Positions 29,440 to 41,254 of a DNA stretch of 64,000 nt are shown in pieces. Position 1 is the stretch's first letter; the number at the start of each line of letters is the position of its first letter. The translations under genes were made by a program, and so were the position numbers. The notes beneath the pieces are model-generated. The model saw nothing but the letters and a program-made list of their open reading frames with translations. It was not told the DNA's origin and ran no database searches. The stretch is from an uncultured cyanobacterium (GTDB lineage Bacteria > Cyanobacteriota > Cyanobacteriia > CAKZMO01), in NCBI GenBank assembly GCA_963719515.1, contig CAVRCJ010000010.1, forward strand, positions 1 through 64,000. Direction: 5' to 3'.

Positions 29440-30468
29440 GTGAAATTTAGTAAGTTTGTGGGGCTACTCGTCCTGTTTATAGGGCTATACCTTCTATGGC
29501 GTATTCGTTTTGTAGTTCTGCTGGCGTTCCTGTCCGTGGCCCTAGCCACCGTACTAAACCGGGTCGTGCGATATCTGATGCGCTGGCGGCTGGGGCGCGG
29601 TGCGGCTATTGCGGTGACGCTGACCGTCATCTCGGCGGCCAGTGCGCTTGTGCTGACCGTGGCCGTCCCTCCGTTTGTCGAGCAAGTTAGCCAGTGGTTG
29701 AATCAAGTTCCCTTTGAGGTTAACCGCATCAGCATTTGGATAGCGGCCTTAGACGATCGCCTGCCGGTAGAGCTGTCCCAGCAGCTGCAGCGGCTCGACA
29801 CGCTGATTCAAGATATCCCGCAAATTTTACGAAACGTCTTCAATAACTTCTTCTTGTTTCTGCAAACAACGCTGTCTATTCTAGTGAACGTGTTCCTAGT
29901 CATCGCGGTGACCGTCATGCTGCTGGCCAATCCCAAGGCCTACCGACATATATTCGTTGCGCTGTTTCCCCAGTTCTACCGCAATCGCGTTGAGGAGATT
30001 TTAGACAGCTGTGAGGACTCCCTGGTGGCCTGGGGGGCAGGCGTGCTGTTCAATATGGCCGTTATTACAGGGCTCAGCTTTGCGGGCCTAGTCACGATTG
30101 GGGTTCCCCTACCTATTGCCAATGCCTGCATCGCTGGAATTTTGACCTTTATTCCCAACCTCGGCCCTACCCTCAGCGTCATTCCCCCGGCTGTCCTAGG
30201 ACTATTAGAAGCGCCCTGGAAGGGGCTGGCCGTCATTGGGCTATATGTGCTAATTCAGCAGGTCGAGAGCAATGTTCTAACGCCGCTCGTCATGAAGCGT
30301 CAGGTTTCGCTGCTGCCGGCCATCACCCTCATTTCTCAGCTGATGATGGGGGTGTTATTTGGTTTTCTGGGGCTGTTCCTGGCGCTGCCTATTATCGTGA
30401 TCAGCCAAGTTTGGCTCCGGGAGCTTCTGATTAAAGACGTCATGGACCCCTGGAGTGAACCGACCTAG
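29440..30468 (+). CDS. AI-2E family transporter
   Basis: Multi-TM protein, FIPNLGP, IQQVESNVLTP.VM. Confidence 0.9.
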   Translation: MKFSKFVGLLVLFIGLYLLWRIRFVVLLAFLSVALATVLNRVVRYLMRWRLGRGAAIAVTLTVISAASALVLTVAVPPFVEQVSQWLNQVPFEVNRISIWIAALDDRLPVELSQQLQRLDTLIQDIPQILRNVFNNFFLFLQTTLSILVNVFLVIAVTVMLLANPKAYRHIFVALFPQFYRNRVEEILDSCEDSLVAWGAGVLFNMAVITGLSFAGLVTIGVPLPIANACIAGILTFIPNLGPTLSVIPPAVLGLLEAPWKGLAVIGLYVLIQQVESNVLTPLVMKRQVSLLPAITLISQLMMGVLFGFLGLFLALPIIVISQVWLRELLIKDVMDPWSEPT

Positions 30469-30538
30469 CATAATCGATCTAGCTTAATCGGCCTAGCCGG
30501 ATAGACTTAGCCTAGCGGCATTCACCGTCCCAGAACCC

Positions 30539-32353
30539 CTATGACGCCATCCGAGCTGAGCGCTTCGACAGCTCAAAGGCCTCATGCACCGCCTGCAGCG
30601 CTACCACCCCGTCCGACTCCGCCACCACGCAGGTAATTTTAATTTCCGACGTGGCAATCATCTGAATGTTGATCTGCCGCTCTGCCAAGGCCGAGAACAT
30701 CCGCGCCGCTATCCCTGGCTGACCCACCATCCCCGCCCCCACCACGCTCACTTTGGCGATCGCCGTATCAATAGTGACGTTGTCGCAGCCTAGCTCAGAG
30801 GCAATGCCCTGCAGCGCTGCCTGAGCTACTGGGGCATCGGCCTGCGCCACCGTAAACGCAATATCTCGGGTGGCCACACCATCCACCAGTCGGCACCGCT
30901 GGGACTGAATGATGGTGTCGACGCTGATGTAGCGGTCGGCCAGGGTGGTGAAGATTAGGGAGGCCATTCCCGGCTGGTCGGGCACCTGACGGATGGCGAT
31001 CCGCGCCTGCTTCTCGTCCAAAGCCACGCCGCGTACCGGAGGCACGTTGCCCTGAGGAGCGGCGCCTTCCATCGGCAGGTGGGACTGGCTGATGTTGAAC
31101 TGGCGGCAGAGGGCTTCCACCGCGCGATCGCAGTCGTCGGCGCTGATGGCGCAGCTGACTTTGACCTCCGAGGTGGAGATCAAGCTGATGTTGACCTTCG
31201 CCTCCGCCAGCGCCGCAAACATCTGGGCCGCCACGCCGGGCCGACCAATCATGCCCGCCCCCGCTACGCTGATCTTGGCCGTGCGCCGGTCGGTGACCAC
31301 CTCAGCTTGGTCCAGACTCAGGGGGGACTGGCGTAGGGTGGGCGTAATGGCTTCCGCCACGGCTTCTGCCCGATTGACGCTGTGGTGATTCACCGTAAAG
31401 GCGATATCGTTGAGGTTGCCGTCGTGGATGGACTGGATAATCAGGTCCACGTCTAGGTGTTGGGCGGCAATTTCGCCAAACAGGCAGGCGGCGATGCCGG
31501 GGCGGTCGGGGATGCGCAGCAGGGCAATTTTCGCCTGGTCGGTATCCACCTCAATGGCGTCGATGGGGTTGGCTAGCTCAATGCTGTTGAGCGATCGCGG
31601 CTGAATGAGGGGAGACACCACGCGGGTTCCCGGCTCGTCGGTCCAGCTGGAGCGCACCACCAGGGGTAGCCCGTAGTTGCGGGCGATTTCCACCGCGCGG
31701 GGGTGGAGCACCTTGGCCCCCAGGCTAGCCAGCTCCAGCATTTCGTCAGCGGTGATTTCGTCCATCAGCTGGGCGTCTGCCACCAGCCGGGGGTCGGTGG
31801 TCAAAATGCCGGGGACGTCGGTGTAGATTTCGCAGGCGTCTGCCCCCAAGGCGGCGGCGAGGGCAACGGCGGAGGTGTCGGAGCCGCCCCGACCCAGGGT
31901 GGTGATCTCCAGATGGTCTTCTATAGCGGTTTGGGCGATGCCCTGGAAGCCGGCCACCACGACAATAGAGCGCTCTGACAGGTGGCGCTGGATGCGATCG
32001 ACGCGAATCTGGACGATGCGGGCTCGGGTGTGGGCGGCCTCGGTGACGATGCCCACCTGCGCCCCGGTGAGGGAGACCGCTGAATGACCCTCGGCCTGGA
32101 TGGCCATACTCAGCAGCGCAATCGACACCTGCTCCCCGGTGGACAGCAGCATATCCATCTCGCGGCGGCTGGGGGAGGGCGTAATGTCGTTGGCTAGCTT
32201 CACCAGCTGGTCTGTGGTTTTGCCCATAGCTGACACCACCACCACCAGCGAGTGGCCCGCTGCTGCGGTCTGTACAGCCCGCTTCGCTACCGCCTGAATG
32301 CGCTCGACGGTGCCGACGGAGGTGCCGCCAAATTTTTGAACGATGAGTCCCAT
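30539..32353 (-). CDS. lysC: Aspartate kinase (cyanobacterial four-ACT type)
   Basis: [21 protein letters not shown], repeated ACT domains. Confidence 0.96.
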   Translation of the reverse strand: MGLIVQKFGGTSVGTVERIQAVAKRAVQTAAAGHSLVVVVSAMGKTTDQLVKLANDITPSPSRREMDMLLSTGEQVSIALLSMAIQAEGHSAVSLTGAQVGIVTEAAHTRARIVQIRVDRIQRHLSERSIVVVAGFQGIAQTAIEDHLEITTLGRGGSDTSAVALAAALGADACEIYTDVPGILTTDPRLVADAQLMDEITADEMLELASLGAKVLHPRAVEIARNYGLPLVVRSSWTDEPGTRVVSPLIQPRSLNSIELANPIDAIEVDTDQAKIALLRIPDRPGIAACLFGEIAAQHLDVDLIIQSIHDGNLNDIAFTVNHHSVNRAEAVAEAITPTLRQSPLSLDQAEVVTDRRTAKISVAGAGMIGRPGVAAQMFAALAEAKVNISLISTSEVKVSCAISADDCDRAVEALCRQFNISQSHLPMEGAAPQGNVPPVRGVALDEKQARIAIRQVPDQPGMASLIFTTLADRYISVDTIIQSQRCRLVDGVATRDIAFTVAQADAPVAQAALQGIASELGCDNVTIDTAIAKVSVVGAGMVGQPGIAARMFSALAERQINIQMIATSEIKITCVVAESDGVVALQAVHEAFELSKRSARMAS

Positions 32354-32450
32354 AGTCTTGATGCGTCTTTGGCCAAGATCAATCCAGGTAACTTAATGTA
32401 TCATCATCACCCGGCGACTCTCGCCACCTTGTTGCACTAGGTTACACGCT

Positions 32451-33845
32451 ATGGCTCTCATCATTGCAGGCGATCGCAGCGGCGTCGGCAAAACCACGAT
32501 TACCCTGGCGCTGCTGGCCGGTCTGCGTCACCTGTTCCCCCATCAGCCGGTGCAGAGCTTTAAGGTGGGCCCCGACTATATTGACCCCATGTTTCACGGG
32601 GCTATCACCGGGCGGCCCTGCCGCAACCTGGACCCGGTGCTCACCTCAGAAGACTACGTCCGGGAGTGCTTTGCTGCCCATAGTCAAACCGCCCACTACA
32701 GCGTAGTAGAGGGGGTGATGGGGCTGTTCGACGGGGCTGGGGCCACCGACACCGCCAGCACCGCCCATGTGGCCAAGCTGCTGGGAGGGTCCGTGCTGCT
32801 AGTGCTCGACGCCCAGCGCACCTCCCGCTCCATTGCCGCCCTCGCTCACGGGTTCTGCAGCTTCGACCCTGCCGTCACCATAGCGGGGGTGGTGCTCAAC
32901 CGGGTGGGGAGCGATCGCCACTGCGACCTGCTCAAGGCGGCGCTAGCCTCTATCAATCTGCCCGTGCTGGGGGTGCTGCGGCGAGAAGCGGCGATCGCCC
33001 TGCCCTCGCGCCATTTGGGGCTAGTGCCTACAGCTGAGCTGACAATTCAGCCTGTGTTAGATCGGCTGGTTCAGCTCGGCAAGACCGCCTTTGATTGGGA
33101 GCGACTGCTGCCGTTGCTCACCTGTCCTCCCAGCCCACCCTCAGGATCGACGCCGCTGGCGAACAGGCCTTGTCAGACCTCAAAGTCGCCTGCCCTGCGT
33201 CTCGCGATCGCCTCCGACGCCGCCTTTAGCTTCTACTACGCCGATAATTTAGATCTGCTGTCGCGCCGCGCTGAGCTAGTCCCCTGGAGCCCGCTGCGCG
33301 ACCCGCTACCGCCCGATGTCCACGGCCTTTATTTGGGGGGCGGGTTTCCGGAGATGTTTGCGGCGCAGCTGGCGGAGAACCGGGAGGCGAGCGATCGCCT
33401 GCGCCAGCTGGCTCTGGGCGGGCTTCCGGTTTACGCCGAGTGCGGCGGGCTGATGTATCTGTGCGAAAGGCTGACGGACCTGGAGGGCAAAATTCACGCT
33501 ATGGCGGGGCTGATTCCGGCGGCGGTGGCTATGGAGCCTCGCCTCACTTTGGGCTACCGCAGGGCTACTGCCCTAATTGACACCCCGATGGTGCCTAAAG
33601 GCACGGTGGCGTGGGGCCACGAATTTCATCGCTCTCAGGTGGTCTATCAGCCGCAGACCGAGCGGCAGCTATACGCGCTACAGAATTTCGACCAGCAGTC
33701 TCTAGGCCGTGAGGGCTGGTACTCGCCCACCCTTCACGCCTCCTACGTTCACCTCCACTGGGGGGCGGTGCCCGAGCTGCCACAGCGATTTCTGCAGGTT
33801 TGTGATCGCTACGCTGATCAAAATCACGCGCTAGGGGTGATGTAG
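32451..33845 (+). CDS. cbiA: Cobyrinate a,c-diamide synthase
   Basis: SGVGKTT, FKVGPDYIDP, VEGVMGLFDG, AECGGLMYL, GHEFH. Confidence 0.95.
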   Translation: MALIIAGDRSGVGKTTITLALLAGLRHLFPHQPVQSFKVGPDYIDPMFHGAITGRPCRNLDPVLTSEDYVRECFAAHSQTAHYSVVEGVMGLFDGAGATDTASTAHVAKLLGGSVLLVLDAQRTSRSIAALAHGFCSFDPAVTIAGVVLNRVGSDRHCDLLKAALASINLPVLGVLRREAAIALPSRHLGLVPTAELTIQPVLDRLVQLGKTAFDWERLLPLLTCPPSPPSGSTPLANRPCQTSKSPALRLAIASDAAFSFYYADNLDLLSRRAELVPWSPLRDPLPPDVHGLYLGGGFPEMFAAQLAENREASDRLRQLALGGLPVYAECGGLMYLCERLTDLEGKIHAMAGLIPAAVAMEPRLTLGYRRATALIDTPMVPKGTVAWGHEFHRSQVVYQPQTERQLYALQNFDQQSLGREGWYSPTLHASYVHLHWGAVPELPQRFLQVCDRYADQNHALGVM

Positions 33846-33906
33846 TCTAGTGAACCGAGCGAGGCGCTAATCCATACTGAGGTCAGCGAGGCATTGAGAG
33901 AGAGCA

Positions 33907-34107
33907 ATGACAAACCAAACCGGCGAAGCAACGAAGAACACAACGGTAATGACGCGGCTGGTTCAGGCAGCTGTCCTGACGCTGCTGCTGCAGCTCATCT
34001 CCCAGTTCTACCCCTCTACCCTGACTCGGACCTCCTCCCTACAGCTACAGGAGATCAACGAGACCCTGCTTGCTTGGGAGCGCACCCCAGACCGCGAGGC
34101 GCGGTGA
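33907..34107 (+). CDS. Small hypothetical protein
   Basis: 66-aa ORF with one hydrophobic helix and a GAGAG-like RBS; no family recognised. Confidence 0.35.
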   Translation: MTNQTGEATKNTTVMTRLVQAAVLTLLLQLISQFYPSTLTRTSSLQLQEINETLLAWERTPDREAR

Positions 34108-34112
34108 AGCGC

Positions 34113-34206
34113 CTGTGCCGTTGACTTTGTACTGCCAACGCTGTGCCGCTGACTTTGTACTGCCAACGCTGTGCCGCTGACTTTGTACTGCCAACGCTGT
34201 GCCGCT
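34113..34206. repeat. 28-bp tandem repeat x3.4
   Basis: CTGTGCCGCTGACTTTGTACTGCCAACG head-to-tail with no spacers. Confidence 0.9.
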
Positions 34207-34350
34207 AACATTGGATTTGCTGCCTGACGGGCCTACGTTCGAGAAATTTCCTCGCTAAAGAAATGGGTCATCACGGGTGATCACTGAATTATCACTGAAC
34301 CCGCTACCATAGATGGCGTAAGCCCACTCTCTACTCCAATCGGGTTCATC

Positions 34351-35757
34351 ATGGTAGATCTCCTCAATCGCCCTACCCCTGCCCTGCCGACCGGACCTCG
34401 TAGCTCTCCCGCCCGGCAAATCTTTAACTGGCTTACCCGGCCCTATCCTTTTTTAGACGACTGCGCTCAGAAATTTGGCGATACCTTTACCCTACGATTT
34501 TGGGGGCTAGAGCCCATCGTCTTCTGCAGTAATCCTAAAGTCATTCAATCTATCTTCCGGGCCGGACCCAATCGCTTCACGGCGGGCAGCAGCAACAAAA
34601 TTGCTCGCCCGCTGGTGGGAGACGCCTCAATTCTTCTGCTTGACGGCGATCGCCACCGCCGTCAGCGTCAGCTGCTGATGCCGCCCTTCCACGGTGAGCG
34701 CATGCGCACCTACAGCGCGACCATTTACGACATCACGGCCCGCGTCTCCCAAAGCTGGAGCCAGGGCGATCGCGTTCCCGTGCGCCCCGTCATCCAGGAC
34801 ATTTCCCTGCGGGTGATTTTAGAGGCGGTGTTTGGTCTGCATGAGGGTGACGCCCTAGAGCGGCTAGCGACCCTCACTAGTGAAATGCTGGATACCACCA
34901 GCTCTCCCCTCAGCTCGTCGATGCTGTTTCTCCCCGGACTGCAGCGCGATTTGGGGGCTTGGAGCCCCTGGGGCCAGTTCCTTCAGCGGCGATCGCAGAT
35001 TGACAAAATTCTCTACCAGCAGATTGAGGCGCGGCGCCGCGCCATCGAGGCAGGGCAGCAGTCGAACGATATTTTGTCGATGCTGCTAGAAGCCCGTGAC
35101 GAGGCGGGTAACCCCATGACGGATTCAGAGCTGCGGGACGAGCTGATTACGCTCCTCGTCGCGGGGCATGAGACAACGGCCTCCTCTTTGGCCTGGGCGC
35201 TGTACTGGCTGCACCGCGACCCTCAAATCTTGTCCACCCTGCGCAACGAGCTCGCCACTGTGGATGTTGACGCCACGGGTGACCCTATGACGCTGATGCG
35301 GCTCCCTTACCTAAACGCGGTGTGCCAAGAAGCGCTGCGGCTTTATCCGGTGGTACCCATCACCTTCCCCCGCCGCGTTATGGAGCAGCCCTTTGAGTTT
35401 GAGGGACACCTGCTGCCGGTGGATAGCTTGGTTGCCCCCTGCCCCTACCTCACCCATCAGCGGCCAGATCTCTACCCAGAACCTAAGCGCTTCCGCCCCG
35501 AGCGCTTTCTAGAGCGGGAGTTTTCGGCCTATGAGTTCATTACCTTTGGGGGCGGCAACCGTCAGTGCATCGGCATGGCCTTTGCCCTATTCGAGATGAA
35601 GATCGTGCTGGCAACGCTGCTCCAGCGCTATGAGTTTACCCTGGCTCAAGCTCAGGATATCAAGCCCGTGCGCCGGGGGCTTACCGTCGCGCCGCCGCCG
35701 TTTCAGCTGACGGTAGCTCAGCGCCTTGAGGGGCGACTGAAGAGGCATGGGCAGTAG
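34351..35757 (+). CDS. Cytochrome P450
   Basis: AGHETTA (I helix), EALR (K helix), PERF, heme motif [10 protein letters not shown]. Confidence 0.96.
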   Translation: MVDLLNRPTPALPTGPRSSPARQIFNWLTRPYPFLDDCAQKFGDTFTLRFWGLEPIVFCSNPKVIQSIFRAGPNRFTAGSSNKIARPLVGDASILLLDGDRHRRQRQLLMPPFHGERMRTYSATIYDITARVSQSWSQGDRVPVRPVIQDISLRVILEAVFGLHEGDALERLATLTSEMLDTTSSPLSSSMLFLPGLQRDLGAWSPWGQFLQRRSQIDKILYQQIEARRRAIEAGQQSNDILSMLLEARDEAGNPMTDSELRDELITLLVAGHETTASSLAWALYWLHRDPQILSTLRNELATVDVDATGDPMTLMRLPYLNAVCQEALRLYPVVPITFPRRVMEQPFEFEGHLLPVDSLVAPCPYLTHQRPDLYPEPKRFRPERFLEREFSAYEFITFGGGNRQCIGMAFALFEMKIVLATLLQRYEFTLAQAQDIKPVRRGLTVAPPPFQLTVAQRLEGRLKRHGQ

Positions 35758-36442
35758 CGCCCCTTCCCTGTGCCATCTCCACTGTCCGGGCCGGGTTGAT
35801 TACCAAACCGCCTGGGACTGGCAGCGATCGCTCTTGAACCAGCGGCGGCACAATCCGGACCTGCCCGATATGCTGCTGCTGCTGGAGCACCCGCCCACCT
35901 ATACCCTGGGCCAGGGCTCCTCCCTAGAGTTCCTTAAGTTTGATCCCCAGCAGTCAGAAGTCGCGCTGTTTCGGACGGAGCGGGGCGGGGAGGTGACCTA
36001 CCATGGTCCCGGGCAGCTGGTGGGCTACCCAATTTTGAACCTGCGCCGCCACCGACAGGACCTGCACTGGTATCTGCGTCAGCTTGAGGCGGTAATTATT
36101 CAGGCGATCGCCCCTTACGGTCTGCAGGGAGAGCGAGAGGAGGGACTGACCGGGGTGTGGGTGGCGGGGGAAAAGGTGGCCGCCATCGGCATCAAAGTCA
36201 GCCGCTGGATTACGATGCATGGGTTCGCCATCAACGTCTGCCCGGACCTGGCGGCGTTTGAAAAGATCGTGCCCTGCGGCATTGGCGATCGCTCGGCGGG
36301 CAGCCTGGAGCGCTGGGTTCCCGGCCTAGAGGTTGCCACCGTACAGCAGCAGGTGTGCTGCTCCTTTGAGCAGGTGTTTAACCTCTCCCTGCAGAGCATT
36401 TCAGAATTGGATCTCCACAGCGTTAGCCCCAGCTCACCATGA
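35747..36442 (+). CDS. lipB: Lipoyl(octanoyl) transferase
   Basis: [44 protein letters not shown]. Confidence 0.96.
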   Translation: MGSSAPSLCHLHCPGRVDYQTAWDWQRSLLNQRRHNPDLPDMLLLLEHPPTYTLGQGSSLEFLKFDPQQSEVALFRTERGGEVTYHGPGQLVGYPILNLRRHRQDLHWYLRQLEAVIIQAIAPYGLQGEREEGLTGVWVAGEKVAAIGIKVSRWITMHGFAINVCPDLAAFEKIVPCGIGDRSAGSLERWVPGLEVATVQQQVCCSFEQVFNLSLQSISELDLHSVSPSSP

Positions 36443-37458
36443 ATACCCTCCCCCTCCCTCCCCACTACAGCCCTGAGCGGGTCGCCGAAGTGTGGCGAGT
36501 GCCCTATCAGACGCGATCGCAGGACGCCCGGGCCTGGCGCGACGAGTACGGCATCGCTGCCGCTGCCGCTGATGAACTGCGGGTGGGGCTGCTGCTAATC
36601 GATGTGCAAAACACGTTTTGTATTCCCGGCTTTGAGCTGTTTGTGGGCGGGCAATCGGGGAACGGTGCGGTGGACGACAACCGGCGGCTGTGTGAGTTTA
36701 TCTACCGTAATCTGGGCGGCATCACCCAGATTTTAGCGACGATGGATACCCACACCGCCGCGCAGATCTTTCATCCTGTATTTTGGGTCAACCCCGAGGG
36801 GGCGCATCCCGAGCCCATGACCGCCATTTCAGCTGAGGCTGTGGAGCAGGGCCGGTGGCGGGTGAACCCTGCGGTTGCCGCTCTCTCCCCCAAAGGGCTG
36901 GGCTGGCTGCAGAACTACGCCCATCACTACGTCAAAACCCTAGCGTCCAACAGCAAGTATCCCCTGATCGTTTGGCCCTATCACGCCATGGTGGGGGGCA
37001 TCAGTCACGCTTTGGTGGCTGCTGTGGAAGAGGCCTGCCTGTTCCACAACTTTGCCCGCAGCAGCCCTACCCACTTCGAGCAGAAGGGCAGCAACCCGCT
37101 GACGGAAAACTATTCGGCGCTGCGGCCCGAGGTGCTGGCCGACCAGGCGGGAGAGGCGATCGCCTCCCTCAACGCCGCCTTTTTGGATCGCCTGCTCAGC
37201 TTTGACCGCCTGATCGTGGCAGGGCAAGCCCAGAGCCACTGCGTCGCCTGGACGGTGGATGACCTGCTAACAGACCTGCTGGCCAAGACCCCTGAGCTTG
37301 TGGGACGGATTTACCTGCTGGAGGACTGCACCTCGGCGGTGATAGCACCGGGAGCCGACTTCACGGAGCAGGCTGATAGCGCCTTTCAGCGCTTTGCGGC
37401 GGCGGGAATGCACCGCGTGAAGTCGACTGACTGTATGAAGGAATGGCTAGGAATGTAG
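36439..37458 (+). CDS. Isochorismatase/nicotinamidase-like cysteine hydrolase
   Basis: [34 protein letters not shown]. Confidence 0.85.
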   Translation: MNTLPLPPHYSPERVAEVWRVPYQTRSQDARAWRDEYGIAAAAADELRVGLLLIDVQNTFCIPGFELFVGGQSGNGAVDDNRRLCEFIYRNLGGITQILATMDTHTAAQIFHPVFWVNPEGAHPEPMTAISAEAVEQGRWRVNPAVAALSPKGLGWLQNYAHHYVKTLASNSKYPLIVWPYHAMVGGISHALVAAVEEACLFHNFARSSPTHFEQKGSNPLTENYSALRPEVLADQAGEAIASLNAAFLDRLLSFDRLIVAGQAQSHCVAWTVDDLLTDLLAKTPELVGRIYLLEDCTSAVIAPGADFTEQADSAFQRFAAAGMHRVKSTDCMKEWLGM

Positions 37459-37520
37459 AGGATTAACAGAACATGCGCCGACAATAGGACTGATAACCAA
37501 CTTGAGCACGGGAGCTTGCT

Positions 37521-39080
37521 ATGGCGTTTCTCAGTACGGCGGGCGGAGCGGGTGGCGTTAGAGTCGATGTCGATGCCTATGGGTCTTTTGGGTCCGGGGT
37601 TGGCGTTGGGGTAAGCGATGCCATCTATGACCCCGTTGGCAGCCTCGGACCGGCGGGAACAGTGTTTGAGTCTGGTGTGGCTATTGGGCTTGACGCCGCC
37701 GATACTCGAACAGTTCTGACGACGGGCCTAATCGGGGATGTAGAGGGTTTGGTGGACCCGGGCTTTGTTTCTACTATCGGCGCTGCTGGCGTCGTCAGCG
37801 TCTTTGAGTTCGGCAGCTTGGGGTTTGGGCTCAATCAAGACACGACCGATCTGGTTAATTCTGCCGGCGATCGCACCGGTAGCCAGATCACCCAAATCTA
37901 CACAATTACCAATAGGGCCGCCCAAACCGTCAGCTTTGACCTGTTCCGATACCTAGACGGCGATTTGCTCTTTGACGACACCTCTTTTGATAGGGGCGGC
38001 CTATTTATTGATGGCGACCGGGAGCTCTTATTTCAGATTGACGCCGGCGGCAATCCCGCTATCGGGACGACCCTTGTGGGCATTACGGCTGAAGGCGGAG
38101 ACACCAGCGGCCCCGGACGCTTCGAGCTCAACGCCTTTCCTGACGTAAAGCTTGGCATTATCGATGGCAACGACCTAACGGACACCCTCGCAGGGGACGG
38201 CCCAGATGCCGACCGGTTCGTTGATGCTGGGAACGCTCTAGACGCCACCCTTGCCCTTAGAAATGACTTTGTGCTGGCACCGGGGGCGATCGCGACCTAC
38301 ACGACCACAACCCGATTTGGCACCGGAACCCCGGCAGCTGTCGCCCGATCATCAGGCTCCGCCAGGGTGCTCGTCATTGGCACGGCACGCTCTGATACTC
38401 TCGATGGAACCTCCGGGGACGAAGACTTTCGCGGCCTTGCCGGTGACGACTTTATAGTCGCTCTAGGGGGGAATGATCGCGTTCTGGGAGGCCTTGGAAA
38501 CGATGGCATTGCGGGCAACGGTGGTGACGACATTCTTTTGGGTAATGGCGGCAGCGATCGCCTTGCGGGCAACGGCGGCAGCGACCGAATTCTGGGGGGC
38601 TTTGGCAATGACCAAGCCCTGGGCGGCAGCGGCGACGATTTAATCAGGGCGGGTTTGGGCGACGATAGGGTCGTCGGAGGGAACGGCGACGATGAGCTGT
38701 TGGGCAACCGAGGAGCCGATCGGATCGTCGGCGGCGCTGGGGACGATCGGATCATTGGCGGCTTCGACAGCGATCGGATTACGGGGGGTGGCGGCAGCGA
38801 TACGATGGTCTATCGCAGCATTCGAGACGGCTTCGATACCATCACTGACTTTGAACTGGGTACCGATCTCATTGACGTGAGGCGGCTGTTGAGACGCTCT
38901 GGTCTGACCGCTGGGGCTAGCGCCCTAGGGAATGCGATTCAGCTGGGCGGCGGCGACAATCGCACCGTTGTCTCGTTCGATCGCGATGGCGCTGATGGCA
39001 GCAGAGATCCGCTACGTCTAGCGGTTTTGGCCGGGGTCAGTCTATCAGCAGTCAGCGCCGAGAGCTTCGTTTTCGCCTAG
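37521..39080 (+). CDS. RTX/hemolysin-type Ca-binding secreted protein
   Basis: Many GGxGxDxL nonapeptides, DTITDF, and a T1SS-type C-terminus (V.FDRDG...LAVL.GV...F). Confidence 0.88.
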   Translation: MAFLSTAGGAGGVRVDVDAYGSFGSGVGVGVSDAIYDPVGSLGPAGTVFESGVAIGLDAADTRTVLTTGLIGDVEGLVDPGFVSTIGAAGVVSVFEFGSLGFGLNQDTTDLVNSAGDRTGSQITQIYTITNRAAQTVSFDLFRYLDGDLLFDDTSFDRGGLFIDGDRELLFQIDAGGNPAIGTTLVGITAEGGDTSGPGRFELNAFPDVKLGIIDGNDLTDTLAGDGPDADRFVDAGNALDATLALRNDFVLAPGAIATYTTTTRFGTGTPAAVARSSGSARVLVIGTARSDTLDGTSGDEDFRGLAGDDFIVALGGNDRVLGGLGNDGIAGNGGDDILLGNGGSDRLAGNGGSDRILGGFGNDQALGGSGDDLIRAGLGDDRVVGGNGDDELLGNRGADRIVGGAGDDRIIGGFDSDRITGGGGSDTMVYRSIRDGFDTITDFELGTDLIDVRRLLRRSGLTAGASALGNAIQLGGGDNRTVVSFDRDGADGSRDPLRLAVLAGVSLSAVSAESFVFA

Positions 39081-39815
39081 ATTTGAGCCGTTGCCTGGGG
39101 AATCACCGTGGTGGCGGACCGCCGCTGCCGTGACCAGGTTGACCAAGCCCTCGACCATGCGATCGCGCTCTAGCGGCAAGATGTCGCTCCCGTTCATCAC
39201 GTTTTGCACAATGAGGTAATGCACCAAAGAACCGGCAAAGATGCGCGCCGCTACCATTGGGTCGGGAAGGTTGAGCTGCGGTTGCGAGGCGAGGTAGGCG
39301 GCGAGCTGCTCTAGCAGAGGCTTTTGGATATCTCGCACAAAGGTCTGGGCTAGGTGGGGAAAGCGCTCAGACTCCCCAATTATCAGCCGCATTAAGGTCA
39401 ATAGCGCCTGGTTTCCAGAGAACTCTTCCAGCACGGATGTGGCCATCTGCCGCAGCATCTGCGCCGGTTCGGCTTGGGCATCGGGACTTGTCGGCAAGCT
39501 AAACAAAATTCGGTTGCTGCGCTGCGTGAGCTTTTGAATCAGAGCCACGAACAGCCCTTCTTTGTCTTGAAAGTAGCTGTATAGGGTTGGTTTCGAGACC
39601 CCCGCCGCTGCCGCAATCCGATTCATGCTGGCGGCCGCGTAGCCGTCCGCCATGAAAACCTGCAGAGCGCCTGTGAGAATTGCCTCTGCTTTATCGGATT
39701 TTTGCTTACTTGACGGTCTGAAGGAAGGGGCGGACTCAAGGGGGTTGTTCAAAGGGATTAGGGACGTGGGTAGGGGATAGCTTGCGGTTTTGGTTAGCGC
39801 TGGGCGGTACCCCAC
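39045..39815 (-). CDS. TetR/AcrR transcriptional regulator
   Basis: ILTGALQVF...GYAAASMNRIAAAAGVSKPTLYSYFQDKEGLF; start uncertain and probably further downstream. Confidence 0.93.
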   Translation of the reverse strand: MGYRPALTKTASYPLPTSLIPLNNPLESAPSFRPSSKQKSDKAEAILTGALQVFMADGYAAASMNRIAAAAGVSKPTLYSYFQDKEGLFVALIQKLTQRSNRILFSLPTSPDAQAEPAQMLRQMATSVLEEFSGNQALLTLMRLIIGESERFPHLAQTFVRDIQKPLLEQLAAYLASQPQLNLPDPMVAARIFAGSLVHYLIVQNVMNGSDILPLERDRMVEGLVNLVTAAAVRHHGDSPGNGSNLGENEALGADC

Positions 39816-39857
39816 ATTGTATACAACTGGCTTATCACCAAGGTGACGTGCCTGGAC

Positions 39858-39885
39858 TTGACTTTACCAAACGGTTTAGTAAAAT
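39858..39885 (+). promoter_or_regulatory. devBCA promoter with overlapping palindromic TetR operator
   Basis: TTGACT-16 bp-TAAAAT overlapped by TTTACCAAAC-G-GTTTAGTAAA (39863-39883). Confidence 0.65.
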
Positions 39886-39926
39886 AGAGCTATAGCTTTT
39901 CTCGTGCTGAAGGTTGGGAGACCCCT

Positions 39927-41126
39927 ATGAGCTTAAACGCGGCGAGCCACCCCACTACAGCAGCCCTACCCCCTCGACGCTGGCTTGTCTTAGGGGCTGC
40001 CATACTCTGCCTGACTGGTGTCCTCGCTTGGGGTACCGACCGCTTTCGGATTGCTGCGGTCGACGAGGCCCTTGTGGAACCCCCGTCAGTGCCGCTCCAG
40101 ACCGTCACCGCTTTGGGACGACTGGAGCCTGCGGGGGAGATTATCTATTTGACGGCACCCACCTCAACCCAGGAGAGCCGCATCGCCGAACTCCGAGTGG
40201 CTGAGGGCGATCGCGTCGAGGTAGGCCAAATTATTGCCGTGTTGGACAATCGCGATCGCCTGCAGGCCGCTTTGCAGCGGGCGGAAGAGCAGGTCAAAGT
40301 CGCTCAAGCCCGGCGTGAGCAAGTGGAGGCAGGCGCTAAAACGGGGGAGATTCAGGCGCAGCGATCTGAGATTGCTCGCCTGGAGGCAGAGCTAGCCGGC
40401 AACGTAAATACCCAGCGGGCGGCGATTGCCCGCTTTGAGGCGGTGGTCGAGAACGCCCGCGTCGAATACCAGCGGTACAGCGCGCTGCAGGACGAGGGAG
40501 CGGTTTCGGCCTCCGAGCGTGACGCCCGGCAGCTCACCTACCGTACGGCTCAGCGTCAGCGCCAGGAGGCTGAAGCGGCGCTGGCGCGAATTGAAGCGGC
40601 GGGCCAGGCTCAGCTTGCCCAAGCTCGCGCCACCCTAGACCAAATTTCCGAGGTGCGGCCTGTAGACGTGACGGCCTCAGCCGCTGAGGTGCGCTCTGCC
40701 CTATCCTCGGTGGCTGAGGCGAAGGCCCAGCTGGAGCAGACGCTAGTGCGATCGCCTCAGGACGGCCAAATCATCGAAATCTTCACCCATCCTGGAGAAA
40801 CCGTTGCCGAGCAGGGCATTGCCACCCTAGGGCAAACCCAGCAAATGATGGCGATCGCGGAGGTGTACCAAAACGATGTTTTTCAGGTCTCGGTAGGCCA
40901 GCCGGTGACGGTGACCTCCCCCGCTCTTCCCGGCTCTCTCCAGGGCACCGTTGAGCGTATCGGGCTACAGGTGGGGCAGCAGCGGGTGGTCGATGAAGAT
41001 CCCGCTGCCAACATCGACGCCAGAGTGGTGGAAGTCCACATCCGTCTCGACCCAGAGGCGAGCGAGCGGGTAGCGAAGCTAAGCAACCTGCAGGTTACGG
41101 CCACGATTCAAACCGGTCACGATTGA
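39927..41126 (+). CDS. devB: DevB-family membrane fusion protein
   Basis: VTALGRLEP.GE, coiled coil, AEVYQ.D, DARVVEV.IRLD. Confidence 0.9.
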   Translation: MSLNAASHPTTAALPPRRWLVLGAAILCLTGVLAWGTDRFRIAAVDEALVEPPSVPLQTVTALGRLEPAGEIIYLTAPTSTQESRIAELRVAEGDRVEVGQIIAVLDNRDRLQAALQRAEEQVKVAQARREQVEAGAKTGEIQAQRSEIARLEAELAGNVNTQRAAIARFEAVVENARVEYQRYSALQDEGAVSASERDARQLTYRTAQRQRQEAEAALARIEAAGQAQLAQARATLDQISEVRPVDVTASAAEVRSALSSVAEAKAQLEQTLVRSPQDGQIIEIFTHPGETVAEQGIATLGQTQQMMAIAEVYQNDVFQVSVGQPVTVTSPALPGSLQGTVERIGLQVGQQRVVDEDPAANIDARVVEVHIRLDPEASERVAKLSNLQVTATIQTGHD

Positions 41127-41134
41127 AGTCAATG

Positions 41135-41241
41135 TATAGCAAATGTCCTAATGCATTAGGACATTTGCGCACACAGTTGCCTACAGAATCTCGCGGCTTT
41201 TGGCCAATTGTGCTGTCCTAAGCAACTGTGCCAACGCAATA
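41135..41241. repeat. ~105-bp dispersed structured repeat, copy 2
   Basis: Perfect palindrome AATGTCCTAATGCATTAGGACATT; homologous to 5535 and 60935. Confidence 0.8.
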
Positions 41242-41254
41242 GGAGTGATCTACC

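Noticed and set aside
34113..34206. CRISPR array
   Set aside because: Repeats are head-to-tail with no unique spacers, and no cas genes are present.
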